The notes beneath the pieces are model-generated. The model saw only the letters and a list, made by a program, of their open reading frames with translations, made no database searches and was not told the origin of the DNA. The position numbers and the translations under genes are program-made. Shown piece by piece: positions 9,895 to 19,690 of a stretch of 19,941 nt of DNA. Source of the DNA: Oopsacas minuta (taxonomy: Eukaryota > Animalia > Porifera); the NCBI GenBank assembly GCA_024704765.1, contig JAKMXF010000115.1:1-19941 (forward strand). The letters run 5' to 3'. Numbering within the stretch: position 1 is the stretch's first letter; the number at the start of each line of letters is the position of its first letter.

Positions 9895-10360
9895 GTCATA
9901 AGCTATCCAAAAATATGTACTATGACATTTCTCTACGAAATCTCCAACGTAATTACATAGTGAACCTGATTGCAAATGCATACTACAGTTGAAATCGGGT
10001 ATTTTATCCTATCGGGGTTTTTCGTCGTCAAGTGAGTGTGTAGGAATTGTTTATTCGAAATTCCCATATAAAATAATCGGATTTATTTGTCTATCTTGGG
10101 GTGTAAACAATAGAAAATATGTTCGGCATATTTTGCCATATATAGTAAACATTGGATTTAATGACACCTCATTCGGGTAGGCTGAAAAGGTCGTTACATT
10201 CGATTTGTCGCTAATCCGATGTAATATCTTATACTGCTGCGGATTTCTGGGCAAGCAAAATTAGTCGTTATCAGCGATTTGTCGTTTAATCCAATGCAAT
10301 GTTTACTGTAATATATTTCTAATGATTTTTCAAACACTCGATTAGTACATCCTCTAATTA

Positions 10361-10961
10361 CAGTCGGCTCCGGTTAATCGGACCACTTTTGTCCAGAGTA
10401 AAGTGGTCCGATTATCCGGAGTGTCCGATTAACCGAAAAATCTTATTATCAATAATTTATTGCTAGATAAATATTTCTAATCAATGGTAATCCTATTGCT
10501 AATTGAAAAAAGAAGTAATTGATTGTTGCTTAAGTGATCTTTCAGCATTTTGGTGAATATTGTCAGCACAATCATCAAATCAGTTCTTTGGGCCATAAAA
10601 TAATAATACAGTCGACTCCGGTTAATCGGACAATTCGGTTACTCGGACCATTTTCTCCTGGACGGAATCTAATCTAATCCAGGATTAATATTTACATTTT
10701 TCGGTTAATCGGACACTCCGGATAATCGGACCACTTTACTCTGGACAAAAGTGGTCCGATTAACCGGAGTCGACTGTATAATCTAAATTATATACAAACC
10801 TAATCAAATTTTTGATGAATATATTGACTTCAAAAAAATAATGGTCCGATTAACCGAAAAATGTTAAATATTAATCCTGGATTAGATTCCGTCCAGGAGA
10901 AAATGGTCCGATTAACCGAATTGTCTGATTAACCAGTGGTCCGATTAACCGGAGTCGACTG
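10361..10961. mobile_element. Tc1/mariner-pogo-type MITE (outer element)
   Basis: TA|cagtcggctccggttaatcggac ... gtccgattaaccggagtcgactg|TA, with many internal cggttaatcggac motifs. Confidence 0.85.
10609..10776. mobile_element. 168-bp MITE of the same family nested in opposite orientation
   Basis: Perfect 23-bp TIRs cagtcgactccggttaatcggac with TA on both sides (10607-8, 10777-8). Its last 80 bp are the reverse complement of 10361-10440 with one mismatch. Confidence 0.88.
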
Positions 10962-11479
10962 TACTAGTAAAATATTTGCAGGCTTCGTATTTATTATAAT
11001 TTGGAGTATATTTGCTATCAAAAATCGCCTTTGTATATGAATATACATATTTAGCAATATGGGGTATTGTCTATTGGGTTATTTTGTCGTTTTGGCAGTG
11101 CAAATAATCCGATTCCAACTGTATAATAATTCTCACAAATGCATGCGACTCGGTGAAATGTCCGCCATTCCTTACTATACAATAGCTACTAACTGCTTAC
11201 CATAATATTGTATAAGGCCAGTGCATTATAATTGCATAATGTCTGATATGTTCACACTACTTACGTAGCTAATAGTACTTGGATTACTTAGACTTTTCAT
11301 TAGCAATATTCATATTAGTTCAGCCTCTTTCTATAAACTTGTATAATCAATTATTACAGATAATATTAGTTTTCTATTTTTCTGCAAAATAATTCTGTAA
11401 AGGTTATATAAGATTATGAAGTTCATGTACAAAACTCCACCCTTTCGGAGTAATAGTTAAAATGACCACGATAATGTAA

Positions 11480-11788
11480 TCTATATTATCAAAACTCAAT
11501 TATTGTGGGGCGTGTGTTTGTTTGTTTGTCCACTTTGTATTATAATAATAGGGGAAGAAGACCTGCGTATATAATATAGGGAATAACACATCCTTCTGTT
11601 GACGATATAGGAAAGTAAACAATTAAATTGGTGTAATCAAGTACGCTGATTCCAAATATGAATTGTAACAACGTATTGTGGATATGTTGCCACTTATATA
11701 ATTTGCTTAATCCGAGGCAAGAAGTGCCGAGCCCCATGCGAACACAGTCTTCGCGAGCCGCGCAGCGCGATCAAGCGAAGCGCGCTAG
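11480..11788 (+). mobile_element. Non-autonomous Helitron (309 bp)
   Basis: 5' A|TCTATATTATC, internal (TTTG)n microsatellite, GC-rich hairpin-capable tract (cttcgc/gcgaag, gcgcg/cgcgc) and 3' CTAG|T. There is no TSD. These are the standard Helitron hallmarks. Confidence 0.75.
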
Positions 11789-11937
11789 TATATAATATTT
11801 CTTGTAAGTAGATACGGTATATCAATTCAAGTAGATTCAAAATACACTTAACTCCAATTGACGAATTTTCCAAGTATATCGATTCCCGGTTCACTGGCGG
11901 AGAATTTGAGGAAATTATTTACTATTCCATTATTCAG

Positions 11938-12171
11938 GTACACTTGAAGAGATAATAGATGACAGTCATGCTATAGTATCCACAATGGTAGGTAGTGAGT
12001 ATTACGTTAATATACTCTCATTCGTGGATAAAGACTTACTAGAACCAGGCTGTACTGTACTTTTGAATCATAAGATGCATGCTGTTGTTGGTGTTCTATC
12101 AGATGATGCTGATCCTATGGTTAGTGTTATGAAGCTAGAGAAAGCACCACAGGAGAGCTATGCTGATGTAG
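11938..12171 (+). CDS. PSMC1: Rpt2/PSMC1 coding exon 3 (OB domain)
   Basis: tattcag|GT: [45 protein letters not shown]...[10 protein letters not shown]; donor G|gtaagt. Confidence 0.95.
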
Positions 12172-12549
12172 GTAAGTATCATCGAATATTGTTCTTCGAG
12201 GAAAATTCCCGTCGTTCTATCTTCTATTTCATTTTGGTGTACTCCTGCTAACTTGGTTGGAGTGTGAATTTATAGTGGATATTTCCGCGATCAACTTTCC
12301 GCTATTCTATTTAAGTATTATTTCTTTACTTCTATTTCTTAATACTTATTACGGAATGTTATCATTGGCGGATCCTTAGGGAAGGGCTTCGAAAGTTTGG
12401 TTGGGTCTGTTCTAACACCCCTAAGCCTCAACAACCATCGGTAATCGGTAGTACCCGATTACTACTGGGGGAGAACCCTTGACTCACCCCCACATGGTCA
12501 GAACATGTTTATACCCTATGGCATGGTTACTATTGTGACTTGTATTTAG

Positions 12550-12768
12550 GTGGTCTTGATAATCAAATAACAGAGATCAAAGAGAGTGTAGAGCTCCCTC
12601 TTACACATCCAGAATTATACGATGAGATGGGAGTCAAGCCTCCTAAAGGTGTTATTCTATACGGACCTCCTGGCACTGGGAAAACTCTACTAGCCAAGGC
12701 TGTAGCTAACCAAACTTCTGCTACTTTTCTACGTGTATGTGGATCTGAATTGATACAGAAATATTTAG
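12550..12768 (+). CDS. PSMC1: Rpt2/PSMC1 coding exon 4 (Walker A, pore loop 1)
   Basis: atttag|GT: [21 protein letters not shown]...[40 protein letters not shown]; donor G|gtgagt. Confidence 0.96.
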
Positions 12769-12890
12769 GTGAGTAGATGAATTTTAGAAGTTGTAATCCG
12801 GCCGGTTTGAGCTTTTAGCCGTTTGGCCTGAGAAAATGAATTCGGGCCGAAAAACGTTATACTTGGCCCGTTGCGACCTCTAATGGATAA

Positions 12891-12974
12891 TCCCCTATTA
12901 TTATAATACAAAGTAGACAAACAAACAAACTAACAAATACACACACACACATGCACATACACAATAATTGAGTT
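12891..12974 (-). mobile_element. Inverted fragment of the 11480 Helitron family with enlarged microsatellite
   Basis: tcccctattattataatacaaagt.gacaaacaaacaaac ... cacaataattgagtt is the reverse complement of about 11494-11555, with extra CA-rich sequence between the blocks. Confidence 0.7.
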
Positions 12975-13055
12975 ACAATAAGTTTCATAACCTCTGTATT
13001 AAATACAGTATCCGTATTACGAATGATAATTATACAATGTTGTACACAACAATTA

Positions 13056-13281
13056 CAGTCAATTCCCATTTTACCGAAGCTCAAGGGAGCCGCGATAATT
13101 ATTTCTATATAACCAATGGAATTTAGATACATTTGACTGTTTGGGGCCATATTTGATATAAGAATGTATTTTGATATAACCGGAGTTCCTAGCTAGTTGA
13201 TTGTATTTTCATTGGTTATATAGAATTCCGCCTGTATCGCGGTAACGTTACCTTGAGCTTCAATATAATGGGAGTTGACTG
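13056..13281. mobile_element. Tc1/mariner-pogo-type MITE (226 bp)
   Basis: TA|cagtcaattcccattttaccgaagctcaagg ... ccttgagcttcaatataatgggagttgactg, with an inner inverted pair ttctatataaccaatg / cattggttatatagaa. Confidence 0.75.
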
Positions 13282-13354
13282 TGTTCTCAATCTCGAAATA
13301 TGACAATTTGACATTGTTAGACTTGTACATACGTATATACATATTTGATAATGA

Positions 13355-13654
<300 letters not shown>

Positions 13655-13722
13655 TAAATGCTAACTGGAAACTAATTTCACGTCGTTCCTAATGATCGAT
13701 CATATTTGAAATGATGTACGTA

Positions 13723-13966
13723 CAGTCGAACCTCCGAGATCTGGGCTGGATATTTTCTATCACTTCAAGATGTATCTATCCAATAATATCTATTTTGCTA
13801 TGATAGATTTGAATCATTTGACTTTAGATATCATTTCAGGTCAAACACACTTCTTAACTTTCATAAACAGTGAATAGTATCTCTTTTCGCCAGCATAGAG
13901 CTAGTGTTATTTCTGAGATACGGACAGCCTTCATACCATGCTGCCCGGCTCTCGGAGGTTCTACTA
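13723..13966. mobile_element. Tc1/mariner-pogo-type MITE (244 bp)
   Basis: TA|cagtcgaacctccgagatctgggc ... gcccggctctcggaggttctacta|TA. Confidence 0.65.
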
Positions 13967-14048
13967 TAGTCTCTGTTTGTGAGGTCTCTAATATGTATTT
14001 TTGTTTGTGAATCAATAGGAAGAATTTCGAAATCGATGGATGATAATA

Positions 14049-14225
14049 TGGTAAACTCTTGTTATAACGAAGTGGTCAGATCTCGGTTTCATTTCTTTAT
14101 AAGCGGAATTTTGTTGTAGTCAGAGTAAAATCAATTACTTCTAAGCTATAATTGAGAATGACTCACTTTGTTAAAACTGGAGTTTCGTTACATCCATCCG
14201 CCTCGGTTATAATAGGAGTGTACTT
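14049..14225. mobile_element. Degenerate MITE
   Basis: gtaaactcttgttataacg versus cggttataataggagtgtac (imperfect inverted ends). Confidence 0.35.
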
Positions 14226-14261
14226 TAATATCGATATGTTATGGTTACAGTTTTTGCAGTA

Positions 14262-14430
14262 CAGTAGAACTCGGATAAGACGTATTCGGCTTAAGACGTA
14301 CTATTTCTTATATCCCAAAATATCAGTCATCATTATTTGTAATGCAAACATATTCGGATAAGACATACACTCGGTTAAGACGTACTAATTTCTGTTTCCC
14401 GAGGGGGTACGTCTTATCCGAGTTCTACTG
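14262..14430. mobile_element. Tc1/mariner-pogo-type MITE (169 bp)
   Basis: Perfect 23-bp TIRs cagtagaactcggataagacgta with TA on both sides and internal ttaagacgtact repeats. A related solo end lies at about 17108. Confidence 0.9.
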
Positions 14431-14526
14431 TATTTATCTATCTGTAAAATTTCACTGACGTCATAATTATTGACTTTCCAAGATCTACTCCCGAGTTTTC
14501 GATTGATGTAATTTATTTATTATTAG

Positions 14527-14816
14527 GACGCATTGATCGTAAAATTGAATTCCCACTCCCAGATGAGAAAACAAGACGTAGAATATTCCAAATACACACC
14601 AACAAAATGACTCTTTCAGAAGACGTGAATCTAGAAGAGTTTATCACAAGCAAAGACGAGCTATCTGGTGCTGATATTAAAGCTATATGCACTGAAGCTG
14701 GACTATTAGCATTGAGAGAACGTAGAATGAAAGTTAACAGCGAAGACTTTCGACAGTCAAAAGAGAATATTTTGTATCGGAAGAATGAAGGAACGCCTGA
14801 AGGCCTTTACCTGTGA
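14527..14816 (+). CDS. PSMC1: Rpt2/PSMC1 coding exon 6 (small AAA domain, HbYX tail)
   Basis: tattag|GA: [24 protein letters not shown]...[24 protein letters not shown]...EGTPEGLYL*. Confidence 0.96.
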
Positions 14817-14954
14817 TTATTATTTGTTGTTCATTAATGCAGTTGATTTGTTTCTAAAAGCGGTTAATTTGAGATTGTTCATTATTGAAGAATCAATTGG
14901 TAGAATTAACCAAATTCTGTAGATTAAACTATATACATAAGGAACTTTGATTTA

Positions 14955-15066
14955 CCGTATTTTCCCGAATAAACGCAGGAGGTTTCCTATGAACGAAAAA
15001 ATAAGCGCCTGGGGTTTCATGTGCACGAAAAAATAAGCGCCTGGGCGCTTATTCGGGAAAATACGG
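14955..15066. mobile_element. 112-bp TA-flanked MITE
   Basis: Perfect 18-bp TIRs ccgtattttcccgaataa with TA on both sides, and internal direct repeat acgaaaaaataagcgcctggg x2. Confidence 0.87.
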
Positions 15067-15110
15067 TATTTTATACAGGCTATGCCAGTTGTTCTCAACA
15101 GGTAGCCGTG

Positions 15111-15332
15111 CAGGGCTGTATAAACTTGAATGAATTGTAGTCATCAAATGAATGTGTTGACAGTACAAATCACGCATCGAGGTATAGCAATTCGGTATAA
15201 AATGTGTGCAAATGCAATATATCAGTAAAAATGTGTTTGACTCATTATCTCGAGTACAACTTGTATGAGTGGATTCCTTTGGTAGACAAAAAATAAGTTG
15301 TCTAGCCAACAAAATGAGTTTACACAGCCCTG
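15111..15332. mobile_element. Probable hAT-like MITE (222 bp)
   Basis: 16-bp TIRs cagggctgtataaact / agtttacacagccctg (1 mismatch). TSD not clearly preserved. Confidence 0.55.
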
Positions 15333-15354
15333 GCCGGCCGATTTAGCCTATTTT

Positions 15355-15423
15355 AAGCTCACTTACTTTTCCAAATTCACTTACGCTGCTTTATCTATTG
15401 CAAAAGATTATTTCTATTCACAG
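15355..15423 (+). promoter_or_regulatory. 3' splice acceptor immediately upstream of thioredoxin 3 start
   Basis: Branch-point-like ctcac/ttcac motifs, a pyrimidine-rich tract, then ttatttctattcacAG|cATG. Confidence 0.5.
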
Positions 15424-15424
15424 C

Positions 15425-15745
15425 ATGCCCACAGAAATTGACAATCAATCTACTTTTAAACAAGAACTCAAAGGCAACGATAAGGTTGTGGTTGATTACT
15501 ATGCAGTTTGGTGTGGTCCTTGTAATGCATTTTCACCGAAATTTATCGAATTAGAAGCTGAATTCCCAACAATTAAATTTCTCAAAGTTGATGTTGATAA
15601 GTGTCCTGGAATCTCCAAAGAATACAAAATAGCTGCAATGCCTACGTTTCTGACCTTTCATAAAGAGGACCAATTTGATAAATTAGTCGGTGCTAATGAG
15701 AAAAAGTTGAGAAATATCTTACAAAAGCTGCAGGACAAGGAATAG
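15425..15745 (+). CDS. trx: Thioredoxin (divergent paralogue), 106 aa, intronless
   Basis: MPTEIDNQSTF...VVVDYYAVWCGPCN...KFLKVDVDKC...AMPTF...LVGANE. Aligns without gaps to thioredoxin 1 at 48/106 identity (hand count). The ORF-track TTG start at 15398 is upstream of the acceptor. Confidence 0.93.
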   Translation: MPTEIDNQSTFKQELKGNDKVVVDYYAVWCGPCNAFSPKFIELEAEFPTIKFLKVDVDKCPGISKEYKIAAMPTFLTFHKEDQFDKLVGANEKKLRNILQKLQDKE

Positions 15746-16004
15746 TTATATATTTTATTCCATGTGATATTTTCCTTGAATATATATATTGTCAGTAGCC
15801 TGATATATTTATAACTGGTTTTGGTGAGATATTATTTGTATGTGTAGTGGAATTTTCCTATTGAAAGGGCGTTTAATGATTTTCTATGGGAAAATATTCC
15901 ATTAAGTACCGAGAAATGCAACCAAGTTTTATATGCATTACTGAAATATTTTAGGATGATATCTACAACAATGAAAGAGTTTGATTTTAAAGGTGAAAAT
16001 TTAT

Positions 16005-16464
16005 TAAATAACGAGCCTTTGGCTCGGCGTTTCGCGATGAACTCGGCACATTGCGCCTCGAGGTATTCAACGGACAAACAACATTTGAGATTAATAATAT
16101 TGATGTTGTTTACAATATTCAAACTCAGCATACTCGATTACCCCAGTATAGTGGTAGAAAGTATGATTCTACCTCAATTTTAAAATTTGTTTACTTCATG
16201 TACCTAAAAGTAAACAGATATTCACAATATGTTGTTTACAATACCTATTTCGGACACAGCATATTTGATTACCCCAGTATACTCGTTAAAGTATGATTCT
16301 ATCTCAATTTTGAATTTGTTTACTTAATATTCACAAAAACAACAATAAATTTACATATGAGAAACTTGAAAATGCGAAATTCAGATCCAGCATACTTAGT
16401 TACCCCTGGGTAGCCGTTTAGAGCAAGCCTGTATGCATATTTTGAGATTTTCGTTTACTTTATA
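16005..16464 (+). repeat. Composite dispersed repeat, copy C, with three diverged about 125-bp tandem units
   Basis: Hairpin at 16012-16026. Units containing cagcata..ttaccc..gtatg..tttgtttactt at about 16105, 16231 and 16340-16464. Confidence 0.7.
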
Positions 16465-16465
16465 N
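16465..16465. other. Probable collapsed assembly gap
   Basis: Single n joining repeat sequence directly to the inside of a coding exon. Confidence 0.65.
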
Positions 16466-16539
16466 AGGTATTCGTAGGTGGAATTTCATCTGACACGAGT
16501 CAAGATGATGTATACGATTATTTCAAAGATTTTGGGAAT
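16466..16539 (+). CDS. msi: Musashi-family RNA-binding protein, RRM2 exon a (5' end uncertain)
   Basis: (K)VFVGGISSDTSQDDVYDYFKDFGN contains RNP2; donor AAT|gtaagt, phase 0. Confidence 0.8.
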
Positions 16540-16657
16540 GTAAGTAATAATCTGTTTAGTTTCATGACGTAATTTATTATACACATCTTCTAATGTATCA
16601 ACAAATTTGGAGATTAATATCCCCGAAGACGAAAATATGCATCGTGAAACTCTAGTA

Positions 16658-16803
16658 TAGTGTAACTTCCACAAACGCCTGTAATAACGGAGAACTTCTG
16701 GATACGGAGTGAGAAAATATACTGAATTCCTATTCCTATAGTTAGTAATGAATCTCCAAATTTTTCGGCGTATCTGCCTCCCCCGTTTATGGAAGTTCCA
16801 CTG
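16658..16803. mobile_element. Tc1/mariner-pogo-type MITE (146 bp)
   Basis: TA|tagtgtaacttccacaaacg ... cgtttatggaagttccactg|TA (17/20 match). Confidence 0.6.
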
Positions 16804-16996
16804 TAAATCTATTCCCGAATGGTCAGTCAGTTGGTAATTTCTTGCTCAGATTATTATAATGTTGAGTTCTATTTTTATCGGTTTATCCCTCATTTTCCTG
16901 GAATGACATTAAAGGAATGACCTATTTCGACGGTTTACAAATTTCATACCCCCATCTACTGAAAATACTTATTATTAGCTTTATTATATTACACAG

Positions 16997-17045
16997 ATAG
17001 TAGAGGCTATGCTTATCTTCGATAAGTCAACGAACAAGCACAAAG
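16997..17045 (+). CDS. msi: Musashi-family protein, RRM2 exon b (49 nt)
   Basis: tacacag|IVEAMLIFDKSTNKHK G|gtatgt, close to the Musashi segment DAMLMFDKTTNRHRG. Confidence 0.85.
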
Positions 17046-17263
17046 GTATGTCACACTCAATGTATATATGTATGTATATATTCACCATGATAGCTGCTAA
17101 CCAATTACAGTAGTATACTCGGATAAGAAGTATATTTGCTTGATATTTACTTCTTCTTTTAAACAACAATCACTTCCTGTACATTTTGATACTTTCACTA
17201 TTCGGATTAGACTTACACTTAGATAGTGTGTATACGATAATTATAAAATTACTAGCAGATTAT

Positions 17264-17356
17264 CAGAGGCGGCGCGAGGGTGAGGCTCGTGTCCACCTAA
17301 TTTATGTAAGTATGTCACCGTTTAATAACCTGTGCCCGCCAGTAGCGCCGCCACTG
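17264..17356. mobile_element. 93-bp MITE with 9-bp TSD
   Basis: 12-bp TIRs cagaggcggcgc / gcgccgccactg (1 mismatch), flanked by perfect gcagattat (17255-17263 and 17357-17365). Confidence 0.8.
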
Positions 17357-17513
17357 GCAGATTATATAGCAAAATTTGTAAACCAAAGATCCATTTTTCG
17401 AATAATGGTACCTCAGGGAAATAACTCTACATTCTACAAAATGACAAAGATGATTTTTATACCCAAGTAACACACAACCATATAGGGTAATGTTTTACTT
17501 CTAGCATTTCTAG

Positions 17514-17596
17514 GATTTGGATTTGTGACGTATGACAAGTATGACACAGTAGATGAGATTTGTTGTCAACAGTTTCACGTCATTAATGGCAAGAAG
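17514..17596 (+). CDS. msi: Musashi-family protein, RRM2 exon c (83 nt, RNP1)
   Basis: ttctag|GA: (G)FGFVTYDKYDTVDEICCQQFHVINGKK|gttagt. Confidence 0.87.
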
Positions 17597-17619
17597 GTTA
17601 GTTTGTTTACACTTATTTA

Positions 17620-17796
17620 TAGTCAATTCCTGTTTTATCGAACAAGGATAAATCGAAATACCCGCTTATATTGAAGTCTTGATTTGTACAAATATGACCC
17701 AAACATGATTCAAACCGTAAATGTAACATAGTTACTTCGGTTATATCTAAGTAATTATCGCGGTCCCATGAGCTTCGATATAATGGGAGTTGCCTG
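17620..17796. mobile_element. MITE, same family as 13056-13281
   Basis: TA|tagtcaattcc ... attatcgcggtcccatgagcttcgatataatgggagttgcctg|TA. Confidence 0.65.
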
Positions 17797-18414
17797 TATT
17801 TGTCTGTGTGTATGTTATACGTCACGCAAGTTTATTTCATTACTCACTATAAATATCACTTTTCTAAGCAGATATCTATTTTAATGACGCTGGATGGATA
17901 AGATCAGTTTACTTGATTAGATTAGCTATTCTAAGTTTAAAATTATTAAATTACATGTCAAACACACCCACAAAGCCACACCAGACCCGCATCATCTTAC
18001 ATCTGTAATATTTCTAACAAATGGGCGGATAATACTGCTTTACTTTTTTGATAATTACCTGTGTTAAACTTTCATTCACTTACGTATTAGTAATTTTAAT
18101 AATTGAATTCCTTGTATAGTCATTATAATATTTTGAAGATTAATTACTTGCCCGCCTTTAACAATTTAATTAAATTCCTTTAACCCCTTATGGTATCCAA
18201 GTTTGATTGTAATTTTTAATAAGTTTTTAGTGTATTTAATTATTATGGGAATTGTATGGGATTAGCTAAGGTATTTTCTGTCAAAAATTGTATTAAGTTC
18301 TTAGGAATGTGAATTGCATTCAGAAAGTATTGCGCATATAAATTTAGAGATTGGTTGCTTTGTATATTAATTATCTAATAATTATTATTAGGAGCATACA
18401 GTTAGCTAAATATA

Positions 18415-18533
18415 CAGTAGACTCTGTTTAATAGTGTTGGTTCTATTAACTGGAGTAATTTAATACTATTTGTATGGTTCTGTTTCTTTGTCAAGTGACC
18501 CGATTAACCGTGGTTATATTAAGCAGAGTACTG
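18415..18533. mobile_element. Degenerate TA-flanked MITE
   Basis: TA|cagtagactctgtttaata ... tattaagcagagtactg|TA, containing cccgattaaccg as in the 10361 family. Confidence 0.45.
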
Positions 18534-19290
18534 TACTACGAAATACCGGATAATTTAAATTTTATAAGTACAAATTTCGATCTTCATTTGGTGTTAGCAT
18601 TACAAAGCTTCATTGAGCGATTTATATAATACATACTTGATCATATGAAATGTATATACAAGTCAAATGATGTCAATTGTCTTAATCCGAGTTTGACTTA
18701 GACGTATGTTAATCCGTCCAAATAGCTCACGTAAAAGGTTTAACATGCAGTAAAACCTTAGGAAGTGAACACCCTGGGGCCAGTCGAAATATACACACAT
18801 GTAAGGTGTTCTGTTTGTAGCAATGATAACATTTGGCACCGAGAAAAGTATTCATCTTTTATAAGTTTCACTATAGTATCCATTTAATACATGCACTTGT
18901 ACTGGGCTAGGGTGTATCTATAATTCATACCACATGCCAGTGACGGACACTGGAAATTATTGAGGATGCTCAAAACAAATTACATAATTATCAAGAGTTC
19001 GTATCGCTGTATTTTCAACTTGATCACAATTCCTAAGTTTACTTTCTGCACCGTTATCAAGCTTGAATAATATTTTTGTTCACGAACTAATGAAATCACA
19101 CTTTCACCGAAAATATTGGCCCCCACTAGCATCCGCCACTGCCACATATCATGAATCATACCGTTATGTTAATGAGTGTATTCACTATTGTGCTTTTGTT
19201 TTCCTTACACATTCATTCACGATACAAATGCAATTACTAAAAAGCGAGTTTCCTTATTCGCATATATTTTGAATTAATAATATTACACAG

Positions 19291-19354
19291 GTGGAGACGA
19301 AACGTGCTCAACCAAAGGATGGAACTGTTCCAAGGCCGAAGAAACCTGATGGAG
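19291..19354 (+). CDS. msi: Musashi-family protein, exon d (end of RRM2; gene continues beyond window)
   Basis: tacacag|VETKRAQPKDGTVPRPKKPDG G|gtgagc, matching the RRM2 end motif VExK(K/R)AQPK. Confidence 0.83.
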
Positions 19355-19690
19355 GTGAGCTATTAGATTAGAGTACTTGCACTGTCTGATTTTTCTACCA
19401 ATTTTGAGTGTCTTACCTGTCCGAACGTGGAAAGATGTATCATCATTTTTGTAATCCAGACTAATACTAAAATAAGCTACGTCTCACTTAAACATAATCT
19501 CCTAAATATCTTACTTCCTCCGCTAAAGTTGTATTACAAACAACAACAACAACAACAATATTCAAATTAATGAACGAATATACTATTACGGAAATAAATA
19601 TGAACTAACCAACACATACAAAATAGATAAACAATGAACAATCAAGTAAGCAAATGAGAAATCATACATACAAACAAATAAATAATGAAT

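Noticed and set aside
12363-12500. cattggcggatcc hAT-like end in PSMC1 intron 3
   Set aside because: No partner TIR or TSD was found, so it is too weak to call.
19041-19060. actttctgcaccgttatcaa resembling the thioredoxin 5' leaders
   Set aside because: The match is only 12 bp and no thioredoxin sequence follows, so it is probably chance.
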